Of a stretch of DNA of 64,000 bases, positions 1-11,058 are shown piece by piece. Source of the DNA: Phoronis australis. Taxonomy: Eukaryota; Animalia; Phoronida. The notes under the pieces were generated by a model, which ran no database searches, was not told where the DNA came from, and worked only from the letters and a program-made list of their open reading frames with translations. How positions within the stretch are numbered: the stretch's first letter is position 1; each line of letters starts with the position of its first letter. The stretch is taken from contig NMRA01000145.1 of the NCBI GenBank assembly GCA_002633005.1, positions 45,785-109,784 on the forward strand, in the 5' to 3' direction. Position numbers and translations under genes: made by a program.

Positions 1-508
1 CGACGTTGGCTGTCCGGCCCATATGCCGGTAATGGCCAATGAGGGCGCATCATGAATATTAATTAAGCGGCCCTGCGGCCGATACACATGTTGGGATGCA
101 GAGCGGCATTCGATACCCAGACCACACACCTAAGCAGAACTATTGAGCTCGACCACGGACAACTAAGATGTAAGGTAAGACACCTTTTGAAGAATCACTA
201 CAATACGAAATAATGGCGCCTACTTTCAAACGCTGTGTTTTCCTAAAATTCAAAATAGTTACACTTTTGCAAGATATTTCAGCCTTTCGGAAATGCCCTT
301 AGTGAATTGAGCTGAAAAAAGTTGACGATTTACCTGAAGTTTGCCAAGAAATGCTCGACGGGCCAGATTCGAAGTCATTTTCAACTCCTTTCGCTTCCAA
401 TATGGCCGACGCGCAAGTCAAAACCAATTGATTGCGCAACTTCCTTATCCGCTTGTGCAAAACGTCCTTCGCACATTAAAGAGCGACGATTTAGATTTGC
501 CGCTGGAA

Positions 509-1001
509 ATGAATCAAGTTCAATATGAGATGTTCGATTTAAAATTGAAATTGGTCTTAGATTTGCTCCGGAAAAATCATAATTATGTTGTAGACGATAC
601 TCATTTAGAAACACTTCTTTCAGTCATTGAATCTCGATTCTTTGGTGACAATTCCGTAAAACCAAACACCCACCCGTGCCCATGGCCACGCGTGTTGCCT
701 TTGCAGTCGGACTGTGAAACCTCATCCTTATCCGTTATAGACAACTTCGTTATCGAAATTTACGAACATTCTCAAGAGGAATATCACGAAACTTTACCGT
801 TTGCGCTGAGATTGGCAGGCATGTTATTGCTACACAGTACATCACTTTCGTCTGAAAAGTGTAGTGAAAAGTGCATTGCTATTTTTGAAATATGTCGACG
901 AGGTCAAGTCTGGCAGTGTGCATCTGTTAGGAATTCATGGCTTGCTGGCATTCATCAATTGAGCCACTCCAAGGACTTTCTACCATGGCTAAGTCTTTCA
1001 G
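509..1001 (+). CDS. BRAT1: BRAT1 exon 1
   Basis: First in-frame ATG at 509 (MNQVQYEMFD...); VVDDTHLETLL and FALRLAGML; donor g|gttgtc at 1001/1002. Confidence 0.85.
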
Positions 1002-4000
1002 GTTGTCAAATTAATTGAATAAATCGATCTTTACGGTTTCTTGCTCTGTCAACATTTTATTTCAAAATCTTACATATTCTCTAAAAATCTAAAATGGAAA
1101 TAGTAAAATGATTTGCCTTTTCCACATCTTTGATTTTTACAAAGAAATGTATGTAATGACATAAATCCGAATACTGCATAAAGAATGCTGTGTAAATTGG
1201 CCTTCTTTAAACAAAGTACCTGTTGATGTGGACCACTTGTCAGAAAACTGTAATAGCTAGCTGGCAGTTAGTGCTTGAGTGAGGTCCTGCTTAGAGCATC
1301 TTAATTGTCTGCTTTCTTCTCATCCAACCCCAAATCAGCTAGAAAATCTGTTTTCTTACTGTATCAAAGCTACATTCCAGTGATATAACTCACGGGTTAC
1401 ATATACTTTGTTTTCCAACTGTAATTTTTTATGTGCTAATTACTCATGAAACCGCTATAGGTTAATTGCCTTAATAGATGCTTGCTTCTAGTGACTGATC
1501 AGCTTTTTTTCTGATCAGATGTCCTATCTACAAAGGATCGTGGTAGCACACTTGTTGCAATGTATTTGATTTGAGCTGTATATTTATTCTTTGCAGGTTA
1601 TTTAGATGTGATTCATGATTGTTTGGAAGACAAAAGCATCTTTGTGGCGAAGGCAGCAGAAAAAATTTTGGTGGATTTTTGTTTGAAATTAAGTGAAAGC
1701 TTTGAAGTCAACCCTCAACATCTGACTGTATTGGATGGACAGCTGAAAGTCTTGGTGGCTCGAGTTCTGCGTGATACTCCAAAGAATTCCATCTTATCAT
1801 CAATCAGAGTCCTTCAGGACATCTGCAGTGATTCAGCCATTTGTGTGAGACTGTTGACTGAAAACCACGGTTTCAAAGATATTCTTACCAACCTTATCCG
1901 TATTGGTGACCTGAAAGTGTTCAATTGTGTCCTGAATTTGTTCAAGTCCATGTTGTTGAATAGGTAAAGAGCTTTGCTTTTAAGCTTCAAAGATATTCTT
2001 ACCAACCTTATCTGTATTGGCGACCTGAAAGTGTTCATTTGCGTCTGGAATTTGTTCAAGTCCTTGCCGAATAGGCAAAGAGCTTTGCTTTTAAGCTTCA
2101 AATTGACGTAAAACAATGAGTACGTAAATCCTGCTGAAATCTCCCAAGATGAACACACATGTTTAATTAACCCATTGCCAGATTTCAGTTGCTGGAAAGT
2201 AGTGCAATGTTCAGTGAGCTCAACTTCTAGTTTTTCTTTCTACTCTAATATGTTCAGAATATTTTTAGTTTCTTTGTATTGACACAAATTTTTATTTGTT
2301 ACTGAAATGCCTTCTTTATAATCCTGTTAGATGCGGTCCTGAAGATTAAAATTTGTCCTGAATTTTTAAAATAAAAATCTGCAATTATATAACAATCCAT
2401 ATTAATTACACAGCATGTTGTAATATTTGACTTATTTATTTTAGGATTGATATGGACCTTGAAAGCATGGTCATTGACTTTCTTCAGGACGGAAGATTTC
2501 AAAAGGCTATTAAACTAGGTGCAATGATATATTTGTGCAGGTATTTATTCTTGCTACACAGCACATCAAACATAAAATTACCCAGAATGCCTCATCACGA
2601 AGACTGAACACAAGCAGAATACCCCCATCATGTCGACTGAGTGCGAGTGGTGTTCTTTGTCCGAGTAGCTGTTATGACAAGTCGTGGTGGTCATTAGCTG
2701 TCACAACAGGGCAACAGAATTTTGTTCATTTGATTTTTATCTCTGCTGTTGGTATTTTGTCATTGTTTTGAGATGGTTGATGTTATTATGGTTGTCAGTT
2801 CCTCCCAGCTGACCGGTTTCAGCTTGCAGAAAGCAGTTTTTGGAAATCTTGTTTCACTGCAGTGTTCATGTACGCGGCGTACATTTTATAAGTTTTCTGA
2901 TTTTGTTTATCTCCATGAGTCTTTGACAAACCGCTTGTTTGTTTTGATCACCTATGTTTCTAAAATTCAAGTGTAAGTCTGTCATTTTTGATAAACCATA
3001 CTTATTGAATAGCAATTCCATTTTACTAACTTCTCAGCAAATTCCCATGTTTGCCAGTCATGAGGAACTGCTTCTAAGATGATGTATTCTGCTTGTGCTT
3101 AATTATCGTGACTTGGAATTCCAGTCCACTGGAATATTTGAAATCTTTCAAAGTCTGCTAAATGGGCAAGGATGACCTATGGTTTTAGCAAACTACATGG
3201 CAACTGTGGCGAAAAACCACACACCAAGAACCATAATATCCAATCTGTGACGTAGGATGTGTGAGTTTTTAATTGATTCCTGTTTTCATTGTTCAAAATT
3301 GGTGTCTCTGGTGCATTAACAAGTGACAGAACGAGGACTGGTTGAAACCATCAAAACAGGGCTTAGTATCCTTTAAATGTTTTCTGTTGCCTACTTAATT
3401 GCATTGCTATGTTTCCAGTCATGACTTCAAGGACTTTCAAGTCTAAATCTTAAAAGGTTTTCCCCTTGACTGTATTGGAATGTATTTTTTAGGCCTGAGA
3501 CAGAGACCACTGCGAGACTGAAAGCCGTAATTCTTTCTCCAATCACATGTCTGCTAAGGAAACCAAGACCAAATAGAATCGATGCCTCAGTGTGGCAAGC
3601 ATTAGCGAGCCATTTGGGTCATGAAAAGAATGCGTGCATGCTAGTGAAATTGAGTTTAAACACCATTCAGGATGCAGTCCTAAAGGTTTGTGTTTATCAA
3701 CTCGTGGAGTGTTTGTGTCATAAAAGAATGTGTCTAACATTTTGAGCTATTTACTTGTTTAAAGTGTTGATGAATATTAATTCAAACATCTTGAGTTGTC
3801 TCCTGAATATGTTTCGTTGAAAATTCTGCACTGTAACCTAACTTCTTCAGTGATATTTTCCAGCTCGCTTTCCTCTGGTTTAGTTGAAAGTTGTATGAGA
3901 ATGCTCCCAAAGCCCTGGTCAACATTCTTATTCTCAAGAGTCTAAATTGTTCTTTATGTATGGCTAATTTTTTGTGAATGTAATATGAATTGCTCTCATA

Positions 4001-7000
4001 CTTAGCTTGCACTTATCCACTCACATAGTGTAAAACTTGTTAATGGCATGATGATTCTGTTGACTACGGGCTTTCATAAGAAAGTATCTATTCTCAGTAA
4101 ATTGATTTTTAGTGTTACAGTGTACCGATTGTTTTTGCATTTCAGGGTTTATCGATCAATTGCCTGGAAGCAATAAGTGATCTTATTTCACACCGTTTCT
4201 TCAATTCCTTTGCTCAGAAGCTGATAGAAACTACAATGTCATTTCTCAAGTCAAGCAAGGAGTCAGGTATAAAAACGAGCGTCTGTCATCAGAATTGGTG
4301 TAGCTCAAAAGGACTTTTTTGAGAAATGCAACATGCTTCCTTAAAAGGATACTAAACCTGTTTTGATGATTGGCACCAAGCCTCGTCCTGTCACCTGGTA
4401 ATGCATCATTGGTGCCAATCTTCCAAGTTAAAGACACGAATCAACTAAAAACTCCTACTCCCTATGTCACAGATTGGACTTTATGGTCCTAGGTGGTCTT
4501 TCCCCACAGTTGCCGTGTAATTTGCTAACAGCATATGTCACGCTTTGCCTGTTAAGCAGACTTTGGAAGGAGTTTTCAGTTTTCCTCTAAACTTGAAGGT
4601 TGTTGGGGGTTACAAAGCATTATTTTCTTTCAGAGAACTGGACGGGAAAGCCATTTTTAGTATCTGTTAATAGGCCAAAACCTGGTTTGGTATCCTTTTA
4701 AACCCAGGTCTGCTGAATCCAATCACAACAAGCTTCTTGTCAGTTTTCCAAATATCAGGAAATGTGTTTCACCCTTGGTAAGGATGAAGCAGAGGTCAAT
4801 TTTGTAACAATTAGTGCTATAACTGGATGTTCTAATTCACATATGCACGTTTTTATGTTGTTATAAGTGCGTAGCATCATGAGTGCTCTATGGACAATGG
4901 GATTGCAGAATTCAAAAGCCAGCGTTTTGATGTGCAAAGTTGATGATATCTATCAACTTGAAAAAGATAATTAATGGGATAAATGGACTGATTGTAGTCT
5001 ATGTTTCATTTACCGTCAGTTGTTGAACTAAGTTTCCAAAAACTTTAAGGCAGTGCCAATTCTGAAGAATGTACTTGCGTTCATGAACATTGATCTTTAT
5101 TGTCTAGATGCAATCTATCTTTTGTAGATCTTCTTAACAATACGGACACTCTTCTCAAAATGAGCGAGACTTTACTTGATACGTTGAATGTCTCGTCTGC
5201 GGACTCAACAGTAAGTACTTTTATTATGCACACGGAACTTAACAGCACAGTTTCCAACCAGGTTAAGGCTTCTGAAACTATAAACAGAATTGGGCGTTAA
5301 GCTGACTGCAGCTGAAATATGCTTTTGGGCATTGCATAGTGGAAATATATGGAAATGCAAGGATACTTTCATCATTGTTAGTTTTACGGTGAAGATTTTT
5401 TGCCACCTCTGCATGTAATATAAAGTAATGCCAACTGTAGTTGTTGTTGTCTAAGTTTCTTACACTGAGCAGAACAAATGTTTGTGCAATCCTAATTCAT
5501 GTGAGATTAATAATAGCTAATGTATGTGTGGCTTGATTATTGATCAGAAATGTGAAACCACATTCCCATGAGCCCGACACTGTCCACATACGGTATGTGT
5601 GTGGTTTACGTTATCATTATACCATACCTATGTTTAGGTGCAGTTTTAAGGTCCCATTCATCTTTGTGGTCTGAAAATCTGGTTCTTACGATTTCGACAA
5701 AAAATGTACTCATTATTTCACAGGTGACGTCTAAAACATTAGACTGCCTTGTTGCAACTTGTCCTGCTGTGTGCGACCATACCAACGGTGCAGCTGTGCT
5801 AGACAGACTCTGCAAGACTCTCAGACAAAAGTCATGTGACGTCCAGTGGGAGGTTAGGGACTGTGTGGTACAGGCTATTGGTTCATTATGTCAGCTGATG
5901 CAAGGTGAGGCCAAATGTCAGTAGGCAAAAACTAAGGCATATAACTGCCATGAGGTTTCAAAAACTGTGCATCTGTCTGTTTGCAGAAAGCTGTGGTGAG
6001 TTTCGTAAATACAAGAATCTCGCGAATGAAGGTAGATAAGATCACATGCTTCACTTGTAGGACATGGCGATATCTCGCGAAGCTTCCTCGCGTTTTCCCG
6101 AGGTTCTCCCATCTATGGAATACGTGCCTGATCTGTTACTTAAATATTTCACAAATATGTGAAAATCTAGTGGATCAGGGGTGCATTTCGTAACTGCATC
6201 ACACTTCCCGAGACAGCTAATAATGAGTTTACCTCCGTAACTCAGCCTCTCTGTGCAATTACTTCAGTTGCAGCCATTTTGCTAAACCGTGCTTAGTAAA
6301 GTCTCAAGTTTACTCATGAAACGCCCACGTTTTGCTTGTGTAATTTTGTTTAGTCTTGCTTGATCTCACCTAACGTGCAATAAATTCACCCAGGCAGGTT
6401 GTTGTTGGTCAAATTACTGGATCTCAATCTTGTATTTGCTGTATGCCTCCTCTTTTTCTTCTCCCCTCAGCAAACTTGTCTGTAGAAAAATGCTTCCGTG
6501 AAGAGCATCTGTACTCCATTCTGTGCAGCTCATTGAAGGATGGAAACAGCTACGTTCGTGCCAGTTCTCTGCAGAGTTTAGGTCACTTGATCTGTTTAAA
6601 ACAATGGCAGAGTCTCACTGGTGAATACTCCAGTCAGGTGGGTTAAGTCGGTTCTGCACAGTCCTTTCTACACTGCGGCGCATGTGAAAAGATAAACAGT
6701 CATGCTTATTATGGGATTTATACTAACATATTTGATATCATCAACTTGAAATAAAACTGTTTTCCTTCAGCCATGCCACAATTTACTGACTGCTCTCCAA
6801 TAGAACAGTCAGTGTAGTGTATTGAGTTTACTCGTTTGGACTAATACCTTTTGTCAGTGTTTTCAGTAATCTTTGACTTAAGAACAATAATTTTTTTCAT
6901 CTGGTCTTGATGTTGTCCCAACAAATCGTTGGATTGTTGTGGCTTACCATTGTTTAACAGTCAAATTTGTTCACTACTTTACAGCTAGGAGGCAAAGATT

Positions 7001-8537
7001 AGTGGAAACAGATCCCACAATTAACTATGAATACTGTTTTTTTTTCTTTCTGTTCAGTGTTTGAATCTAATGTATCCTCTCTCAAGAAAGTTGTCATAAT
7101 CTGTGCTATGGCCTTAAGGTATGATCAACTATGTATTGAATCTCTGATCTATGTTTCAATTTTTCATCCTCCCATCTGGTTTCTTAGGTGAAAACAAGTT
7201 GTCTCCACCAAACTGTTAGAATATGATGGCAAATACACGTCTCAGAACCCTTTTGATTTCGAAGAACATTGACACACAGCAGTCTATGATATTCCATAAA
7301 TTTTTGACTGCTCATCGTAATATATTCATAAATAGAAGACAAGTACTTGTGGGACTTTTGCAATGGTTCAACTGAAACTTCTTTGCATTGTAAATTTTTC
7401 GTGTTTGTTTGGACGTGGCAAAAATGATAGAATAAAAAGAAATGGAATGATAGTTCAAAAATGTTTTCAAGGAGTCTGTAAAATGATTCATATTGAATCT
7501 TTTATCAAATCTCCAGGTTCCGTAGACTTATTTCAACCAATAATCATTTTGGCTATTGTTTCTTTCAATAGCTTGCGTTTAATGTGGTATCTGGTCTGGA
7601 AATGTGGATTTGTTTGTGCGCGCATGTGTGCAATATGTGAAAATGTGATATAGCCCAGAATTCCGTCACATATGTTATTGATAGCAATAAAAAGTATGCG
7701 TTGAAATATTATTGTTCTAATGAGCTTCTTTTGTAGAACATTCTAGTTTGAGCTTGATGTTCATGACATTTCTCATTTTATTTTTAGGAGATTTTGGACA
7801 GCATTCTAACAACACTAAAGTTGGACACAGAAGCTTTCCCGAGGAGGGCAGCCATCGATCTCTTGAGACACTGGTTTCACAAAGATGTTCCAGCCTCAGA
7901 GAAGGGAAAGATACTCGAGTCGGTGCAAGAAGCTATAACAGATTTTGATTGGGAAGTGAAAATGGGAGCTCTTCGGTTTTGGAAACACATAATCCAGTCA
8001 CAGTTTTTGAAGGCTGAGCCCACCATGCCATCTTACTTGGTAGCATGTTTGTCTGAGAGTGAGAAGGTCACTGTCAATAAGTTGGAAGGCTCCACTGAAA
8101 GTAAATTTGTGCAACTGTGCAGGGTGTACTTGTCACTTCATATTCATGGGTGTTTAGATTTGTTGTTGACAACTTTAGACGATTGTGACCGGCCTGTATG
8201 TGCTTTTGCAGCTGAGCTGTTGCTGGAATTGCAAACATATTTGCAGAAGGTTAACCTTAGTTTTGAAACATTTGACGAGGTGGTTTTCAAAAACGACTGG
8301 TGCGTGGAATGCATTTGCGAGTTGTGTGAGGAGAAATTTACACTGCATACTGAAATGCAAAATGGTGACTATGCTACGGAAGTGTCTAAAGTATTTGGGA
8401 AGATAGAATCCAGTGACTTTACTGCAATGATTGAGGACTTTTCGTGTACCACAGATCCCTATGTACTCAATCCAGTGTCTCTCCTTGATGATATATTGGC
8501 ATTGCAGCAAGAGGGCGTGATCATGGACTGTTACTGA
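509..8537 (+). CDS. BRAT1: BRAT1 (Integrator assembly factor, ARM/HEAT-repeat); 9-exon model join(509-1001,1597-1963,2445-2540,3493-3685,4146-4266,5128-5210,5724-5904,6471-6637,7788-8537), about 816 aa
   Basis: Motifs match recalled BRAT1: VVDDTHLE, FALRLAG, W..ASVRNSW, DKSIFVAKAA, WEVRD, YVRAS, DTEAFPRRA, DFDWEVK, DDCDRPV and terminal DCY*. All introns are GT-AG and phases close (2451 nt). Exons 3-5 rest on splice sites and phase only. Confidence 0.92.
1597..1963 (+). CDS. BRAT1: BRAT1 exon 2
   Basis: Acceptor ttctttgcag|; DCLEDKSIFVAKAAEKILV; donor ag|gtaaag. Confidence 0.88.
1872..2096 (+). repeat. Tandem duplication (114 + 111 bp) of the BRAT1 exon 2 3' end and donor site
   Basis: ttcaaagatattcttaccaacc...agagctttgcttttaagc occurs at 1872-1985 and 1986-2096. 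Confidence 0.9.
2445..2540 (+). CDS. BRAT1: BRAT1 exon 3 (predicted)
   Basis: ttattttag| acceptor, open frame IDMDLESMVIDFLQDGRFQKAIKLGAMIYLC, cag|gtattt donor; phase 2/2 fits. Confidence 0.65.
3493..3685 (+). CDS. BRAT1: BRAT1 exon 4 (predicted)
   Basis: ttttttag| acceptor, open frame PETETTARLKAVILSPITCLL...DAVLK, aag|gtttgt donor; phase fits. Confidence 0.7.
4146..4266 (+). CDS. BRAT1: BRAT1 exon 5 (predicted)
   Basis: catttcag| acceptor, GLSINCLEAISDLISHRFFNSFAQKLIETTMSFLK, donor g|gtataa; phase 0/1 fits the next exon. Confidence 0.6.
5128..5210 (+). CDS. BRAT1: BRAT1 exon 6
   Basis: ttttgtag| acceptor, DLLNNTDTLLKMSETLLDTLNVSSADST, aca|gtaagt donor. Confidence 0.75.
5724..5904 (+). 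CDS. BRAT1: BRAT1 exon 7
   Basis: ttcacag| acceptor; LRQKSCDVQWEVRDCVV (BRAT1 WEVRD motif); ag|gtgagg donor. Confidence 0.88.
6471..6637 (+). CDS. BRAT1: BRAT1 exon 8
   Basis: Long pyrimidine tract plus cag|; LKDGNSYVRASSLQSLG HEAT-like motif; cag|gtgggt donor. Confidence 0.88.
7788..8537 (+). CDS. BRAT1: BRAT1 terminal exon
   Basis: tttttag| acceptor; DTEAFPRRAA, DFDWEVK, DDCDRPV, LLDDIL...MDCY*. Confidence 0.93.
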   Translation, partial: EILDSILTTLKLDTEAFPRRAAIDLLRHWFHKDVPASEKGKILESVQEAITDFDWEVKMGALRFWKHIIQSQFLKAEPTMPSYLVACLSESEKVTVNKLEGSTESKFVQLCRVYLSLHIHGCLDLLLTTLDDCDRPVCAFAAELLLELQTYLQKVNLSFETFDEVVFKNDWCVECICELCEEKFTLHTEMQNGDYATEVSKVFGKIESSDFTAMIEDFSCTTDPYVLNPVSLLDDILALQQEGVIMDCY

Positions 8538-10143
8538 GGATACGACTGGATTTGGTCACATCCGACCTATAAGTGGCTTTGCGTTCTGTAACATAAAAAT
8601 CGCTTTTTTTTCTACTGGAGCCTCATTTGTTCTATGAATTCAATTGTTTGCAATTGTTAGGATTTTTCCCTTGAAGTTAATGAATGAATCGGTGGCCTTC
8701 GGGTGAGAATGCATTAAATCATGAAAAAAATGATGAATGTTCCAATTTAAAGTAGTACTAGGATTCGTGAAACATTCAGGTAATATTCCATTTTACCGTT
8801 GTATATACCGACAGGGCTGCGATTGTCAAAATGCATTTAATAACTATTGACAGTGCTATGTGTAGTAATTGTAAACACCTACAAATTGACAACACAATGG
8901 GTCCGCTCAGGCAAACAAATAGATGCGGATAATGTACAACTTTTCAGCCAATCAAATTATTTTTTGAAGTTGAAGTATTACAGTTTGTTTTAGTGGCATC
9001 ATGATTGCTGAACTAAATAATGGAATATTGGCCATCAAGATTTCAATTTCCAATTGTCATTCGATATTCCACGTTCCAAAATTCTAATTTTAAAATAAAC
9101 ATAGAAATACTATTAGACAAAAAGGTATCAAGATTGGGATCTGCTCTGTTTAGAAAAATCGAGTCAATGGTGCAGTATTTTTAGGTGCTCACCTGATGGG
9201 GTTTTTTTTACTCATCATTTGGTAAATTAAGGCATATCAAACTCTGCTTACCCTTGTTTATGTTGCTTTGTATACAGTCTCGAAATGAGAATGGGGTAGG
9301 GGGTTAAAGACCAAAGCTAACTTTGCTTTTTTAGCCTGATCTCAAGTTTCATAATTCAGTGTGAATTGAGTCTTGGTACTGGAAATTGACACACGTTTTC
9401 TGCGCAGTCCTAAGACAGTCTGGCATGTCGGTAGATCTCGGCAAGGGCTATCCATATTCCGGATGGCACCCTCCAGATAGCCACCAATAGCACAAACAGC
9501 ATTGTTGGATACGAGTTACCGTTCTCTAATTATTAAAGACCTTCCGGACTGCTCCATAATTTACTGGTTTCTTAGAATTGGCAGATCTTGCTGAAATTTG
9601 ACATGTGGATAGACCTTGTCAAATGCTGCTTTTTATTCCAACTTGGCAATTCTCAAGTTATTTTTCTGATTACTGTTCTTTTATTGGGATTCCATGCTGC
9701 TCATTTGTTGGTCTAATATCCAGATACAGGTCATATCAAAGATGGTGGTGCATTGCCCATTTTTTAAATTTTTGTTTCATGAAGCTCTAGCTCAGCACTC
9801 CTTTGAAAGATTCCTTTGAGATTTGGTATGTTGATGGATCTCGTCAAGAGCTATGTTATGTGTGCAATCAGTTTTTTCACTGTGACTTTACTGACAGCAT
9901 CGTCACTCTTGTTTTCAATTACGTTGTCATAGGCGGTGTTTTGGTCGTCGTATTTGTTAGAGTGCTTTGGTTTTGTCGTCAATGTCTAGTTCTAAATTCT
10001 TCAGTTAATTTTTCCAAGTGTGCCTAGTCAGAGCATTTTCATTTGTTTTGTATATGGTTCCATAAATAAAGTACTATTTGTTAAGTGTGACGGGCAATAA
10101 CAGCTTTGTTCAAGAAAAAACAATTTTGACATCTGTGGATATG

Positions 10144-10149
10144 TTTATT
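10144..10149 (-). terminator. Candidate WDR90 polyadenylation signal (AATAAA on -)
   Basis: tttatt on +, about 750 nt downstream of the stop codon. Confidence 0.4.
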
Positions 10150-10903
10150 GAATCAACACATCTATTTACAGGTGTTAAGTATAAAATATTTTCAATGTAC
10201 AGAATTAGTTGTGCAACACTCTTTTCGATGAGATAGTGTCTACAATACAATTAATTTCGAAATACTTGCAACCAATAATTTTTATCATTATGTAAATTCA
10301 CAAATTTCTCAAGTCTCATTCATTTACCACAATTTTACAACATACAATTGTAACCCAACCAAACCTTTTCCTGCAGGACTAAAAATGACGAAAGGAAGAG
10401 TGCCATTTATCATAGCTAAGATTTGCCCAAAGATAAGACACCACATTCACTCAGTGTTCAAGTGAGGTGCTTAGCTTAACCCACACGTACATACATACAT
10501 ACATACATTAGAGGGGAGGCAGATCAGGTCGCCCCTACTGTTCTCATTCGATGGGCAACATGATCAGGGCTGCATTCCGTAGACCCAAAACACAGGTGAG
10601 AAAAGCTATATGTGACCACATGCTTTCTTGTTATGCATGGCAAAGTGAAGAACTACATTTTCACAAGTTCCTTGCGTCTATACGATGCACCCTGGGTAAG
10701 AGGATCAGTGGTCACTGGAAGTCAGTTCAATTGATACCTATTAGGAGCAGCCAGGTGTTTTCTTAAGACAGACTGGTTCTTGAATATGTAATTTGTTGCT
10801 GGCACATGTCACTTGTGGCAGATTTTGGTTTTATGATGAATCCATGAACAGGAAGCAGCAACGGGAGTTGTACTGATTTGTTTTCCGTTCAATTTAGCAC
10901 AAA

Positions 10904-11058
10904 TCACACCAAAACATTCCACACGATTACATCTGTACTGCCCACTGACAACAGATACTTTCCGTCTGGAGAAAACTTCAACGTGGTGACACTGTTGTTG
11001 TGCCCTACAAAATCTTGGAAAGTGCCTTCGTAGTAGTCCAGCAGTTTGACCAGTCTCT
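10904..11058 (-). CDS. WDR90: WDR90 terminal exon
   Basis: RLVKLLDYYEGTFQDFVGHNNSVTTLKFSPDGKYLLSVGSTDVIVWNVLV*. Confidence 0.9.

Noticed and set aside
341-508. N-terminal extension of BRAT1 in the ORF track
   Set aside because: It starts at TTG; the first in-frame ATG is 509 and homology begins after it.
9600-9800. KAAFDKV-like RT motif on -
   Set aside because: A single short motif next to a stop codon; too weak to call.
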